A stretch of 48,116 bases of DNA, from NCBI GenBank assembly GCA_045401115.1, contig CP174359.1, positions 1 through 48,116 on the forward strand. Reading direction: 5' to 3'. A program made the translations under genes and the position numbers. Each line of letters begins with the position of its first letter. Within the stretch, counting starts at the first letter, position 1. This stretch comes from Candidatus Phycocordibacter aenigmaticus. Its GTDB lineage: Bacteria > Patescibacteriota > Minisyncoccia > Phycocordibacterales > Phycocordibacteraceae. The notes under the pieces were generated by a model. The model was not told where the DNA came from. It searched no databases and was given only the letters and a program-made list of their open reading frames with translations. This document shows, piece after piece, positions 21,316 to 30,181 of this stretch.

Positions 21316-21329
21316 AAACAATTCCCTCC

Positions 21330-21395
21330 ATTATGCGACTGACGGGTGCGAGCTCCAAAAAGATCTTATGTGAGTGCTGCCATCAGCCGCATAAT
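21330..21395 (-). other. Candidate structured RNA leader upstream of murB
   Basis: The minus strand forms a continuous 16-bp helix AUUAUGCGGCUGAUGG/CCGUCAGUCGCAUAAU with two G-U pairs (these are A-C mismatches on the plus strand), followed directly by GGAGG. Confidence 0.5.
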
Positions 21396-21466
21396 AGAGG
21401 CAACTACCTTAGTACGATAGCATTTTTTCTTTCTCTCAAACAACCCGTTCAAAACACGAAATACCA

Positions 21467-21487
21467 TCTTGAGGACCGACCTCGAGA
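21467..21487. repeat. Palindrome-family hairpin, GAGG-ACCGA-CCTC core
   Basis: TCTTGAGG accga CCTCGAGA. Confidence 0.8.
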
Positions 21488-21506
21488 ATGATTGGTTTTA
21501 TAGATA

Positions 21507-21749
21507 TTACGGATGCGTGATGATAGAGACCACGACGTAGTGTGGCTCAACAATGTGAAAATAAAAACGCCATTGTTTATCAATGCGTGCCTGCCATACT
21601 CCCTCGTATCCTTTATACTTCTTTGCGTTAAGCGACGGATGGTGAAAGTCTTCTAGAAGATAGCCGAATTGTTTACGGGTTTTTTTCTGTACCTGCTTTG
21701 GAAAAGCCTTAAATTGCTTAACAGCGCTACCGGCCAGTTGAATCTTCAT
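21507..21749 (-). CDS. RelE/ParE-superfamily type II toxin
   Basis: 80 aa, basic; HPSLNAKK...GVWQARIDKQWRFYF pattern; overlaps the upstream antitoxin by 23 nt. Confidence 0.82.
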   Translation of the reverse strand: MKIQLAGSAVKQFKAFPKQVQKKTRKQFGYLLEDFHHPSLNAKKYKGYEGVWQARIDKQWRFYFHIVEPHYVVVSIITHP

Positions 21750-21996
21750 AGGAGTCTACTTTTTCATCAAACTCTTCTAGATTGGAGAACTCAATGAAAT
21801 TACCGCGTTTAATGTCTTCGAGGCCTGCGCGAATGTCAGCAAGCACTGGGTCACTTGATGCTCCATGTGGCTCTAATACAAGCGTGCCATTTTGTTCACG
21901 TACAGCAAGTATACCGCCCTCACCAACGCCGAGTGCTTCGCGTATCTTTTTAGGGAGTGTAATCACTCCCCGTTGACCGACTTTGACTGTTTTCAT
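21727..21996 (-). CDS. AbrB/MazE/SpoVT-family antitoxin
   Basis: VKVGQRGVITLPKKIREALGVGEG...LVLEP AbrB motif; acidic C-terminus. Confidence 0.88.
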   Translation of the reverse strand: MKTVKVGQRGVITLPKKIREALGVGEGGILAVREQNGTLVLEPHGASSDPVLADIRAGLEDIKRGNFIEFSNLEEFDEKVDSYEDSTGR

Positions 21997-22002
21997 AAAT
22001 AC

Positions 22003-22031
22003 AGAATATCAGAAATACAGATTTTCTGCAA
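22003..22031 (-). promoter_or_regulatory. TA operon promoter with candidate operator
   Basis: TTGCAG-17 nt-TATTCT with an extended TG, 6 nt before the ATG. Inverted repeat CAGAAA-N7-TTTCTG (22010-22028) spans the spacer and overlaps the -35. Confidence 0.6.
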
Positions 22032-22051
22032 ATCCCCCACTCAGTCCTATT

Positions 22052-22074
22052 ATATAAAGGACTGTCCTTTATAT
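22052..22074. repeat. Palindrome-family hairpin (AGGAC-N-GTCCT core)
   Basis: ATATAAAGGAC t GTCCTTTATAT, perfect 11-bp arms. Confidence 0.75.
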
Positions 22075-22105
22075 TCATTAGATTTTCATTTTTGAGATAC
22101 GAAAA

Positions 22106-22123
22106 ACCCCGCCGGAGCGGGGT
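22106..22123 (-). terminator. Intrinsic terminator after the O-antigen-ligase-like gene
   Basis: Minus strand ACCCCGC-UCCG-GCGGGGU followed by UUUU. Confidence 0.75.
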
Positions 22124-22262
22124 GCTTTCGTAGATCTTTGGAAGCCGACACACAAAGTATCAGCACTCACAGAAAATATAATAGCAGTTTTTGAATTTTT
22201 TTCAACTCCCCGCTCCTTTTGGGCCTGTGGGAAAGTGTTTGGTAGTGCACTATTACCGAGCG

Positions 22263-24449
22263 TTATTGCAACGGGCGACCGGCGCGGATGTCTGAGATGT
22301 ACTGCTCTCCTTGCGTTTTAAACTGTGGGTTAAGTTCTATTGCTTTCTGAATGGCCTCAATAGCGTTGGTACGTTGGTTGGCGTTCAGGTATGCCGCGGC
22401 AAGTTCAAGCCAGCGTTGCGCGTCTTCAGGGTTGTTCTCTACTTGACGCAAGGCAAAAGCAATAACTTTCTCATGCTGGTTAGTATCAATGTATGCTTGG
22501 AGCAGTATTGAATTATCAATGTCGACGGTGCCGTAGCGTTCAATAAGGAGTTGGTCGGCACGTTCCTGTTTGTCGGCGCGAATAGCGGTTGCCGCGTAGA
22601 AAATACGCGCACGGTCATACGCCGGCTCAAGCTCATAGGCTTCTTTAAAGAATTGAAGCGCTTCTTCAGTATTTCCTTGGTCAAGTTCAATCAGTGCACG
22701 TTCAAAAAGAATGGATTGTTTCCCCGGGGAAAGTTCATGAGCAGTTTCAATGTGTTCAGTTGCTTGGTCGTATACTCCCAGCTGGCGCAAGAAAGAGCCA
22801 AAGAACATATGGAGACGTGCGTTGTTTGGTGTATGTTCTAGGACTTCATTAAATTCATCGATTGCAAACATTGCCACTTCATTACGAAATTCTGGAGTAC
22901 TGCGGTCGGCAAGCTGTGTACTGCGGATTTGCGCAGCAAACTGCACGAGTTGCTCGTGCGCTTCCTGACGACCCATACCGCCGTCTTTTACTATGCCCTT
23001 GAATTCGTCAAAGTTCTTAGTAAGCCCTTCTTCATACGGGCGGATAGCATCAATAATGCCGGATGCGCGTGCCATGCCTGGCACGTTTGCCATCCAGAAC
23101 ACCGCAACAAAGACTACCCCCACGGCGAGCGCTGCAATAGGAAGTGCTGTTTTATCTACGGTTTTGGTGCCGCCGACTATGGGCGCGGTTTCGTTATTTT
23201 GCAGACTGCGGGTGGTGAGATAGCTGAGGAGTGAAAGGAAGAGCACATAGCTCATGAGATTGTCGAACACAAAAAGGTTGTGGAAGCCGTAGCCGGCAAG
23301 GAGGCCAGTAATGATGGCGCGTTCACCGATGGTGAATGCGTTGCCTGGTTTCCACAAGTACCACAGTGCGGTGGCAAAGAGTGCAAGGTATAAGAGGAAC
23401 CCAAAGATGCCGCCGGCAATAAGCCAGTCAAAGAAAATGTTATGCGCGCGGTCAAACCACGGCTCTTGAGCATACAGTGATGGGTTGTAGTAAGCGCTAA
23501 ACACATAGCTGAAGCCTTCTTGCCCCCATCCAAAGAGTGGGCGGTCTTTGAAACCTTCGTACGCCATACTCCAAATGGTGAAGCGTGTCTCCCCTTCTTC
23601 AAGAGAGATAGAGGCGATGCGGGTAAGCACGTCGTTGTTCTGTACGAGTGCAGTGTCTTTGATCATAAAGAATATACCGGCCAGGATGATGATAGATGCG
23701 GCAAGCGCAGCGCCTGCTGTGCGTAGGGTCTTTTGACCTTTGGCAAAAACAACGAATATGAGGCCAGAGAGTAGCAAGCCGCCCACTAAACCGAGAATGG
23801 TACCGCGCGTGGCGGTGTAGAAAATCATACTGCCCTGCAGCACTAGCGCGAATACATAGAAAAGTTGCATGTAGCGGTGTGGCTTCCATGCGGCGAGCGC
23901 CATGAGGGTGATAAAGAAATTAAAGAGCATGTACACCGCCAAGTAGGTGGCGTTGCCGAAGGTTGCATCCACACGCACGCCACCTTGGTTAATGGTGAGA
24001 AGGCCCGCGAGTTGGAACACGCCGTAGAGCGCGACGAGCACCGAGGCGATGATTGAAGTATTCCAGAAGCGTTTCCAGAGTTTCTGCGTGCTAAGCATGG
24101 TGGAGGCAACAAGGAAGTAGGCGCCAAAGTGAAGGAGTGAAATATATCCCTCCATGCGTTCGAAGTTTGACCAGAATGCTTTTGATGGATCTTCAGCTAG
24201 GATGGTTGAAATACCAAGCGAGGCAATAAACGCAAGCAGTGCGTAGAGCATGGTGGAGCCACGCGGTCGTACGCTGCTGTCTTTAAACGCCAGGATAAGC
24301 CACAGCGCAAAAATGATTTCGACAATAATGCGGAACGTGAAGGCTTTTCCTGTAATAAAAGGAAAGAAAAAACCATCAGCAATAATTAAAGGTATAAAAA
24401 GCGTAGCAAAAAGACCTGTATAAATGCCGTATTTGAGTATCTGATTCAT
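22263..24449 (-). CDS. O-antigen ligase (Wzy_C/WaaL/PglL-like) family membrane protein with C-terminal TPR repeats
   Basis: Multi-TM N-terminal part with ATFGNATYLA, TATRG, R..IW..A...FKDRPLFGWG, RAHN motifs; TPR-like helical C-terminus (AIEAIQKAIELNPQ). Confidence 0.9.
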   Translation of the reverse strand: MNQILKYGIYTGLFATLFIPLIIADGFFFPFITGKAFTFRIIVEIIFALWLILAFKDSSVRPRGSTMLYALLAFIASLGISTILAEDPSKAFWSNFERMEGYISLLHFGAYFLVASTMLSTQKLWKRFWNTSIIASVLVALYGVFQLAGLLTINQGGVRVDATFGNATYLAVYMLFNFFITLMALAAWKPHRYMQLFYVFALVLQGSMIFYTATRGTILGLVGGLLLSGLIFVVFAKGQKTLRTAGAALAASIIILAGIFFMIKDTALVQNNDVLTRIASISLEEGETRFTIWSMAYEGFKDRPLFGWGQEGFSYVFSAYYNPSLYAQEPWFDRAHNIFFDWLIAGGIFGFLLYLALFATALWYLWKPGNAFTIGERAIITGLLAGYGFHNLFVFDNLMSYVLFLSLLSYLTTRSLQNNETAPIVGGTKTVDKTALPIAALAVGVVFVAVFWMANVPGMARASGIIDAIRPYEEGLTKNFDEFKGIVKDGGMGRQEAHEQLVQFAAQIRSTQLADRSTPEFRNEVAMFAIDEFNEVLEHTPNNARLHMFFGSFLRQLGVYDQATEHIETAHELSPGKQSILFERALIELDQGNTEEALQFFKEAYELEPAYDRARIFYAATAIRADKQERADQLLIERYGTVDIDNSILLQAYIDTNQHEKVIAFALRQVENNPEDAQRWLELAAAYLNANQRTNAIEAIQKAIELNPQFKTQGEQYISDIRAGRPLQ

Positions 24450-24471
24450 TGGGGAAATAATACCATAAGTG

Positions 24472-24613
24472 AGGTAAGTGGGAGGTGGGAGGTAATTTTG
24501 ATGGGAAATAAACGGCTCAGGGGGTGAGCCGTTCTTTTTGGGAGTTAAATGACGGACGTCCGACGTCCGTCATGTGGAAGAGTGCTATGTGCGGACGTCG
24601 GACGTCCGCACAT
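24472..24613. repeat. Composite element copy 1: heptamers + 30-nt hairpin + inverted palindrome doublet
   Basis: AGGTAAG TGGGAGG TGGGAGG (24472-24492); GGAAATAAACGGCTCAGGGGGTGAGCCGTT (24504-24533); ATGACGGACGTC-C-GACGTCCGTCAT (24549-24573); ATGTGCGGACGTC-G-GACGTCCGCACAT (24587-24613). Confidence 0.85.
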
Positions 24614-24647
24614 GGAGAGGTGGTTTTTGGGAGGTATTGAATAATTA

Positions 24648-25391
24648 TTATTCCTCGGCGCCGAAGGCGTTGGCGCAGGATTCGCTACGAGTGAAACCAG
24701 CGGCTTGGGCCTCATCTTCAGAGCAGAAATATGACTCGCCTTTGCGGGTGTCCACTTTGACACGGTTGTAGTTGGGGCATCCTTCAAGGAAATAGCTCTT
24801 GCCGTAGCCTTTCTCGGAAATATTTCCTTTGATGGTGCAGGACGGGTCGCTTGGGCCGGTGGCTTGTTCACGCAATGAATCCTCTTCAACTAGAAGATCA
24901 CACGCGCGCCACATGCCGCGCTCCTCTTTACGCGCTTCTTCACGTGCGCTGCTGAGGAGGTCGCGGTAGCGATTGTCCGGCGCTTGTGCGAAGACATCCG
25001 CATAGCCGGCGCGCACGAGTGCATCCTGCACGAAGATGTCATCGTCTTTCGGGTCATCGGAGGCGAGGTATACGTAGCGGAGCAGGCGGTCGTAGCGGTC
25101 ACTTCCTGAAATATCTTTTTCAATGCGGATAGTCTCCCCTTCTATCAACTCTTCGAGATATGCTTTGCTCTCATTATAGAAACAGTCGCTACGCTCAGGC
25201 GCATCAACGCCAAGCAGACGGATGCGTGTGTCGTTTTCTATATCAATGGTGTCGCCATCGACAACGTGCACCACGTGGTGCACTGAGTGTTCAAATAAGT
25301 CTGCGTCATTGTCGCGGACCAGTATGTAGCCGCCCACTGACCCTCCCGCAAGAAGGAGTGAGAATAGTGCTGCCAGTACCTTCGGTTTCAT
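24648..25391 (-). CDS. Thermonuclease (SNase) family protein, N-terminal membrane anchor, C-terminal Cys-containing domain
   Basis: VVDGDTI, IRLLGVDAPE, DRYDRLLRYV motifs; C-terminal CTIKGNIS...CPNY...FCSEDEAQAAGF. Start moved to ATG 25391, 7 nt after TGCTACAAT. Confidence 0.9.
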   Translation of the reverse strand: MKPKVLAALFSLLLAGGSVGGYILVRDNDADLFEHSVHHVVHVVDGDTIDIENDTRIRLLGVDAPERSDCFYNESKAYLEELIEGETIRIEKDISGSDRYDRLLRYVYLASDDPKDDDIFVQDALVRAGYADVFAQAPDNRYRDLLSSAREEARKEERGMWRACDLLVEEDSLREQATGPSDPSCTIKGNISEKGYGKSYFLEGCPNYNRVKVDTRKGESYFCSEDEAQAAGFTRSESCANAFGAEE

Positions 25392-25461
25392 TCCTTTTAT
25401 TGTAGCAATAGAGGAACAACTTGATAGAAACCTTCCCCATGGCGCGGTAGTATATAGCGTA

Positions 25462-26721
25462 GTGGTTAAAACAGTACAAAACAAGCTTTACCAGCTCCTC
25501 CGCTGGAGTGAGCGCTACACGAAAACCGATATGGTGTATCTTGCCTCCGGTGGTTTTTGGCTGACTGTGGGGCAAGGGGTGTCTTCGCTCTCGGCTTTTG
25601 CACTAGCTATTGCGTTTGCAAACCTGGTGCCACCGGAAACGTACGGTACGTACAAGTATCTCCTTTCCATCGCGGCTATCTTCGCGATTTTTACTCTCCC
25701 CGGCATGAACACTGCCGTGGCGCGCGCGGTGGCGCGCGGCAACGAAGTGACCGTGCGCGCCGCAACCAAAGCACGCCTTCTCTGGAGTTTTCTCGGCACA
25801 CTCGCCGCTTTCGGCGGTGCGCTGTACTACTTCATAAACGGCAATATGGAGCTTGCCATTGCGCTGGCCATCATTGGCGCAGTGCTTCCCCTATTCGATA
25901 CCTTTACCACATACAACGGCTACCTGACGGGGAAAAGAGAATTCAAGAAACAATCCCTCTTTCATCTTGTTTCACAAAGCATTAGCACCGCTTCCCTTAT
26001 TGGCGCCCTTCTTCTTACGAACAATGTTCTCTTCCTGCTCCTTGCGTACTTCGTCCCTCTCGCCGTAGTGCGCTTCGTGCTGTATAAAAAAGTAGCTGCG
26101 AGTCTGAAATTAGGGGCGCCTGACAAAGAAACGCTCACCTACGGAAAGCATTTGAGTTTTATTAATGTGCTAGGTGTGGTAGCCGGCAGCATTGATAAGA
26201 TCCTCCTCTGGAAATTCCTCGGTCCGGCACAACTAGCAATTTATGTGTTTGCACTCGCAATACCGGAACAAATGAAAGGCCCTCTCAAAGGAATCGGGGA
26301 ATTAGCGTTTCCAAAATTTGCCGCTCAAACTCCTGAACAAATTCATAAAAATATGCCTTCTCTTTGGAGAAAGCTTGCTTTATACGCAACGGGTCTTTTT
26401 GGAATCTCCCTTCTTTATATTCTTGCTGCACCATTTATTTTTAAATTCCTCTTCCCTCAGTATATGGAGAGTGTAATTTATTCACAAATTTTCTCTCTAA
26501 CCCTTGTAACTGCTTTTGGTGCCGTACTTGCACAACTACTTGCGGCTCAAAAAAAAATACAGGTCCAATACATAATCTCAACAGTACAACCAATAATAGC
26601 CGTAGCACTCTTTTTGATTTTTATTCCAATATATGAAGTCTGGGGAGCAATACTTGCCTTTGCTATAAGTCGTCTTGTGGCGATAATCCTATATATTTCA
26701 GCAGTAATTAGAAACGTCTAG
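25462..26721 (+). CDS. Wzx-like oligosaccharide flippase
   Basis: 419 aa, ~12 TM; PETYGTYKY, IDKILL..FLGPAQLAIY..A motifs of the MATE-like/Wzx family. Confidence 0.9.
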   Translation: MVKTVQNKLYQLLRWSERYTKTDMVYLASGGFWLTVGQGVSSLSAFALAIAFANLVPPETYGTYKYLLSIAAIFAIFTLPGMNTAVARAVARGNEVTVRAATKARLLWSFLGTLAAFGGALYYFINGNMELAIALAIIGAVLPLFDTFTTYNGYLTGKREFKKQSLFHLVSQSISTASLIGALLLTNNVLFLLLAYFVPLAVVRFVLYKKVAASLKLGAPDKETLTYGKHLSFINVLGVVAGSIDKILLWKFLGPAQLAIYVFALAIPEQMKGPLKGIGELAFPKFAAQTPEQIHKNMPSLWRKLALYATGLFGISLLYILAAPFIFKFLFPQYMESVIYSQIFSLTLVTAFGAVLAQLLAAQKKIQVQYIISTVQPIIAVALFLIFIPIYEVWGAILAFAISRLVAIILYISAVIRNV

Positions 26722-27376
26722 TAACTTTTGCGAAACTAATTTCAAGCCTGCCGTGGTCAACATTATCAAACACATCAATTTCATTGAGGATTTGAATATT
26801 ATATTTAGTTCGGTCTATTGCATCAACAACGGGTTTTGCTGATTGATCGTCACGGTTACGCCAATAATCATCGAAAATTATTACTGTATCTTTATCCATG
26901 AGCTGTCGCACCGCATTCCAATCACTTCGCACTGTATTTACATTATGCCCACCATCAATAAAAATGAAATCGAATGGTTCCGCATTTTTCACATAGGCCG
27001 GTAATGTTTCTAGAGTATTACCTTGTACTAATTCAATATGCGCACCTGTTTTTGAAAGTTTTTCTTCTACCTCTTTTTTTTGAGGTGGTCGTTTTGAAAT
27101 TTCATACTCAAACATATCATTATCCAATTCCTCAAAAAGGTCGAAACCCACATAAAGAATATCTTTTACGGGAGAGACTTTTTGAGCGGTTTTAATCATT
27201 TTCACAGCCCTACCTCCATTCCATGTCCCAACCTCGAGTATCCGCGTTGCCTGCAGGCGAGCAATCTCATCAAATAAATGATGGTAACGTTTTGGTGCTT
27301 TAAATTTTTGATATAAAAAATTTACAATGGGTATATAAAGCGGCCTAAATATATGGACATATTTTTTCATAATCAT
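26708..27376 (-). CDS. Class I SAM-dependent methyltransferase (Methyltransf_24-like)
   Basis: ILEVGTWNG, YVGFDLF, FDFIFIDGGH, IIFDDY motifs. Confidence 0.88.
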   Translation of the reverse strand: MIMKKYVHIFRPLYIPIVNFLYQKFKAPKRYHHLFDEIARLQATRILEVGTWNGGRAVKMIKTAQKVSPVKDILYVGFDLFEELDNDMFEYEISKRPPQKKEVEEKLSKTGAHIELVQGNTLETLPAYVKNAEPFDFIFIDGGHNVNTVRSDWNAVRQLMDKDTVIIFDDYWRNRDDQSAKPVVDAIDRTKYNIQILNEIDVFDNVDHGRLEISFAKVTRRF

Positions 27377-27409
27377 TCTATTTTAAATTTCAGCGCAACA
27401 CATAAAAAA

Positions 27410-28516
27410 CTATTTTTTAAGAATTTGTAATTCTTCTTCATATAAGTCTACTACATTAAACCAATCAAACGTTAAGGCGCGTTGATAGGCTCTTTTTTCA
27501 AATTGCTTCCTTTTCTTTTCATTTGTCAAAAGAAGATTCATACCGGTCATTATAGATTTATAGTTAGGTTGAACTAGTAGTCCAGTTTGGTTATTTTCAA
27601 TCGCAACTTCAGCACCCGAACCATAAGTACCTAAAGAAGTCTTTCCACATAGCGCTGCTTCAATATAAACCATCCCGAAACCCTCAATAGAGTTCGGACT
27701 AGAGACCGGAGTGAGGATAAAAAATATTGCATTATTATATAAATCTATTAACTCTTTATCGGAGGCATTTTCAATAAAGACGACCTTATTTTGCAAACCA
27801 TTATCTTTTATAAATTTCTTTATTTTAATGTAATATTCAGGAGAATCTGTAGTAGATCCAACGAAAATATAGTGAAGTTCGGGATACTTCTTTGAAATAT
27901 TTTCAAAAGCTTTTAAAGATTTCAATTGTCCTTTCCGGGGTTTTAATGCACCAACACTTAATATATAAGAATCTGGATATTTATTTATTCTCTTTGTTTG
28001 TCCTATGAATAACTTTGTATCAACGCCTACTGGAATATAGCGAATATTATCCTTAAATAAAAAACTAGAATTAGATGCTTCAATTTGTTTTTTGACAAAA
28101 TCGTTAATAGGCCAGACACGGCCTACTTTATTATAAACTTGTTTCATCAACCAGTTCTTTATTTGACCATTTTCGGTGAAGAGTGAGTATGTCCCCAATG
28201 AATGTATTGCCACGTTTTTGATGCGACCAAGCATTGCAAGATAAGCAATAATTCCGGCAGGACGAGTGTCGAAACAAACGATCACATCGTGTCTTTTTAA
28301 AAAAAATCGGAGTTTTAAAAGCTGAAATATACTTCGAAATGGCCTTCTAAAATACTGTCGAAATGGCACGACGAGTGTCTGATACTTACTAGTATAATTT
28401 TCCGAAACGAAGCTAATTTTATGTCCCCGTTCTGTTAAGCCATCAGCAATACTGACCGCCATTCTACCAAGGCCAGAATGAGGATTTATATTCTCCGCAA
28501 TAAGGCAAATTCTCAT
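27410..28516 (-). CDS. Glycosyltransferase family 4
   Basis: ILSVGALKPRKG, EGFGMVYIEAALCG motifs. Confidence 0.93.
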   Translation of the reverse strand: MRICLIAENINPHSGLGRMAVSIADGLTERGHKISFVSENYTSKYQTLVVPFRQYFRRPFRSIFQLLKLRFFLKRHDVIVCFDTRPAGIIAYLAMLGRIKNVAIHSLGTYSLFTENGQIKNWLMKQVYNKVGRVWPINDFVKKQIEASNSSFLFKDNIRYIPVGVDTKLFIGQTKRINKYPDSYILSVGALKPRKGQLKSLKAFENISKKYPELHYIFVGSTTDSPEYYIKIKKFIKDNGLQNKVVFIENASDKELIDLYNNAIFFILTPVSSPNSIEGFGMVYIEAALCGKTSLGTYGSGAEVAIENNQTGLLVQPNYKSIMTGMNLLLTNEKKRKQFEKRAYQRALTFDWFNVVDLYEEELQILKK

Positions 28517-28521
28517 GCCCC

Positions 28522-28911
28522 CTATTTTATATCAAGATCAACCCTAACAGTGTCTTCTTCATATCCGTCATCATCACGACTTAATGTTGTCATGTCAATC
28601 ATTACACTATCTTCTTCGGCAATATAAGTATGTACAACTCCTGGAGGGACCTCTGAAAACATTCCTGCTCCGAGGATATAGTCTTCTCGCTCACTACCAT
28701 CCGGCAGACAAACTACCAAACGTAATTTTCCGCTCATAACATAATCGTATTGAGTGGACTTGTGATGATAATGTTTAGCACGTAACGCCCCTTTTTTAAA
28801 ACTTACACAGCCGACATGACTAATCGATTTATTAATAATGTCAGTAATAGTGCCTCGCCCATCTATGTGTACAGGTTTAATTGTAGTAATAGTTGCTAAT
28901 TTTTTTTTCAT
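28522..28911 (-). CDS. Cupin-domain protein (sugar epimerase/isomerase-like, FdtA/WxcM-type fold)
   Basis: DGRGTI, R.KHYHHKSTQYDYVMSG, PPGVVH cupin motifs. ATG 28911 preferred over the track's TTG at 28929. Confidence 0.75.
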   Translation of the reverse strand: MKKKLATITTIKPVHIDGRGTITDIINKSISHVGCVSFKKGALRAKHYHHKSTQYDYVMSGKLRLVVCLPDGSEREDYILGAGMFSEVPPGVVHTYIAEEDSVMIDMTTLSRDDDGYEEDTVRVDLDIK

Positions 28912-28921
28912 AAATATTACA

Positions 28922-30181
28922 TTATTCAATAATGGTTGGTTCCGGTATCGGAACTATAAATTTACCACCAGCCTCTCTATACTCTTCCAAATTTTTTATA
29001 ATCTCTTCTGCAAAATTCCACGCCAGAATAATAGCATAATCTGGTTTCTCTTTTAATAAACTTTCATCAGAATATATCGGTATCCTTGTACCAGGAGTAA
29101 ATAAGTTCTGTTTAAGTATGCTTTTCTCAGTAAGAAAATCAAGGTAATAATTATCGATGTTACAAAAGTTAAGTAATGTATTACCTTTTGCTGGCGCCGA
29201 AACGCCGACAATACTCTTCCCGTCCATTTTCAATTTATTGAGCAAGATTAAAAGATCACTACGTTGTTGATATGTCTTTTTTCGAAAATCTTTTAAGATT
29301 TCCCCGCCGTAAAGCCCTAAATCCTCTTCTTGTTTTATAAGTTTTTGTACTCCTTCTTCTACACTATACGCGCCCTTATGTCCAATGTAATAACGGAGCG
29401 TACCACCGTGAATCTTTTGTTTTTCTACATCAAATAACTCCAGCCCGAAAGATTCGAAATAAACAGCTAGTGGTTTGACTGATAGATAACCTATGTGTTG
29501 ATGATAAATGGTGTCGTATTCTACATTCTTAAGCATATCTACCGCATATGGTGCTTCTATGACAATAACCCCATCATCTGATAATAATTTTTTCATTCCA
29601 TAAACTGCGGAGTCAATTTCATGCAGGTGTGCAAAAACATTAGTACCTGTGATTACTTGAGCTTTTCGACCGCGTTTAACAATAGAGTCCGCGAGGGTCT
29701 CTGTAAAAAAATCAATAACTGTATCAATTCCACTATCAATTGCTTTTTGGGCGACCTTTTCAGCTGGATCTACTCCTAATACATCAAAACCACACTCCTT
29801 AAAACCTGTGAGTAAGACTCCGACATTACTGCCAATATCAACTGCCAGACTTGCTTTTGAAAAACTAAAACGCTTAGCTATAGCAGCTGCCATTTTTTTA
29901 TAATGCTCAACTCCACTTTTTGTTATAGACGATTCATATATATAATTTGTACGATACAAAATATCTGGGTTTACGAAATAATTAATCTGCAAAAGACCGC
30001 AGTAGCCACATGACATTAATTTAAGCGGAAAATAAACCTCCATCTCATCTAACCTTTCCTCAGTTAAAAAATCGTCAGAATGTGGTTGCATGCCCAAATC
30101 AAGAACCAACTTGAGTTCTTTTTTCTTACACATATGGCAAGAGTGCGACATTTTACCAAACTGACCAGGATCAATTTTCAT
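28922..30181 (-). CDS. NDP-sugar C-methyltransferase (Zn-binding; methyltransf_13/14 architecture)
   Basis: CxxC...DLG.QP...PL....[47 protein letters not shown] motifs. Confidence 0.9.
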   Translation of the reverse strand: MKIDPGQFGKMSHSCHMCKKKELKLVLDLGMQPHSDDFLTEERLDEMEVYFPLKLMSCGYCGLLQINYFVNPDILYRTNYIYESSITKSGVEHYKKMAAAIAKRFSFSKASLAVDIGSNVGVLLTGFKECGFDVLGVDPAEKVAQKAIDSGIDTVIDFFTETLADSIVKRGRKAQVITGTNVFAHLHEIDSAVYGMKKLLSDDGVIVIEAPYAVDMLKNVEYDTIYHQHIGYLSVKPLAVYFESFGLELFDVEKQKIHGGTLRYYIGHKGAYSVEEGVQKLIKQEEDLGLYGGEILKDFRKKTYQQRSDLLILLNKLKMDGKSIVGVSAPAKGNTLLNFCNIDNYYLDFLTEKSILKQNLFTPGTRIPIYSDESLLKEKPDYAIILAWNFAEEIIKNLEEYREAGGKFIVPIPEPTIIE

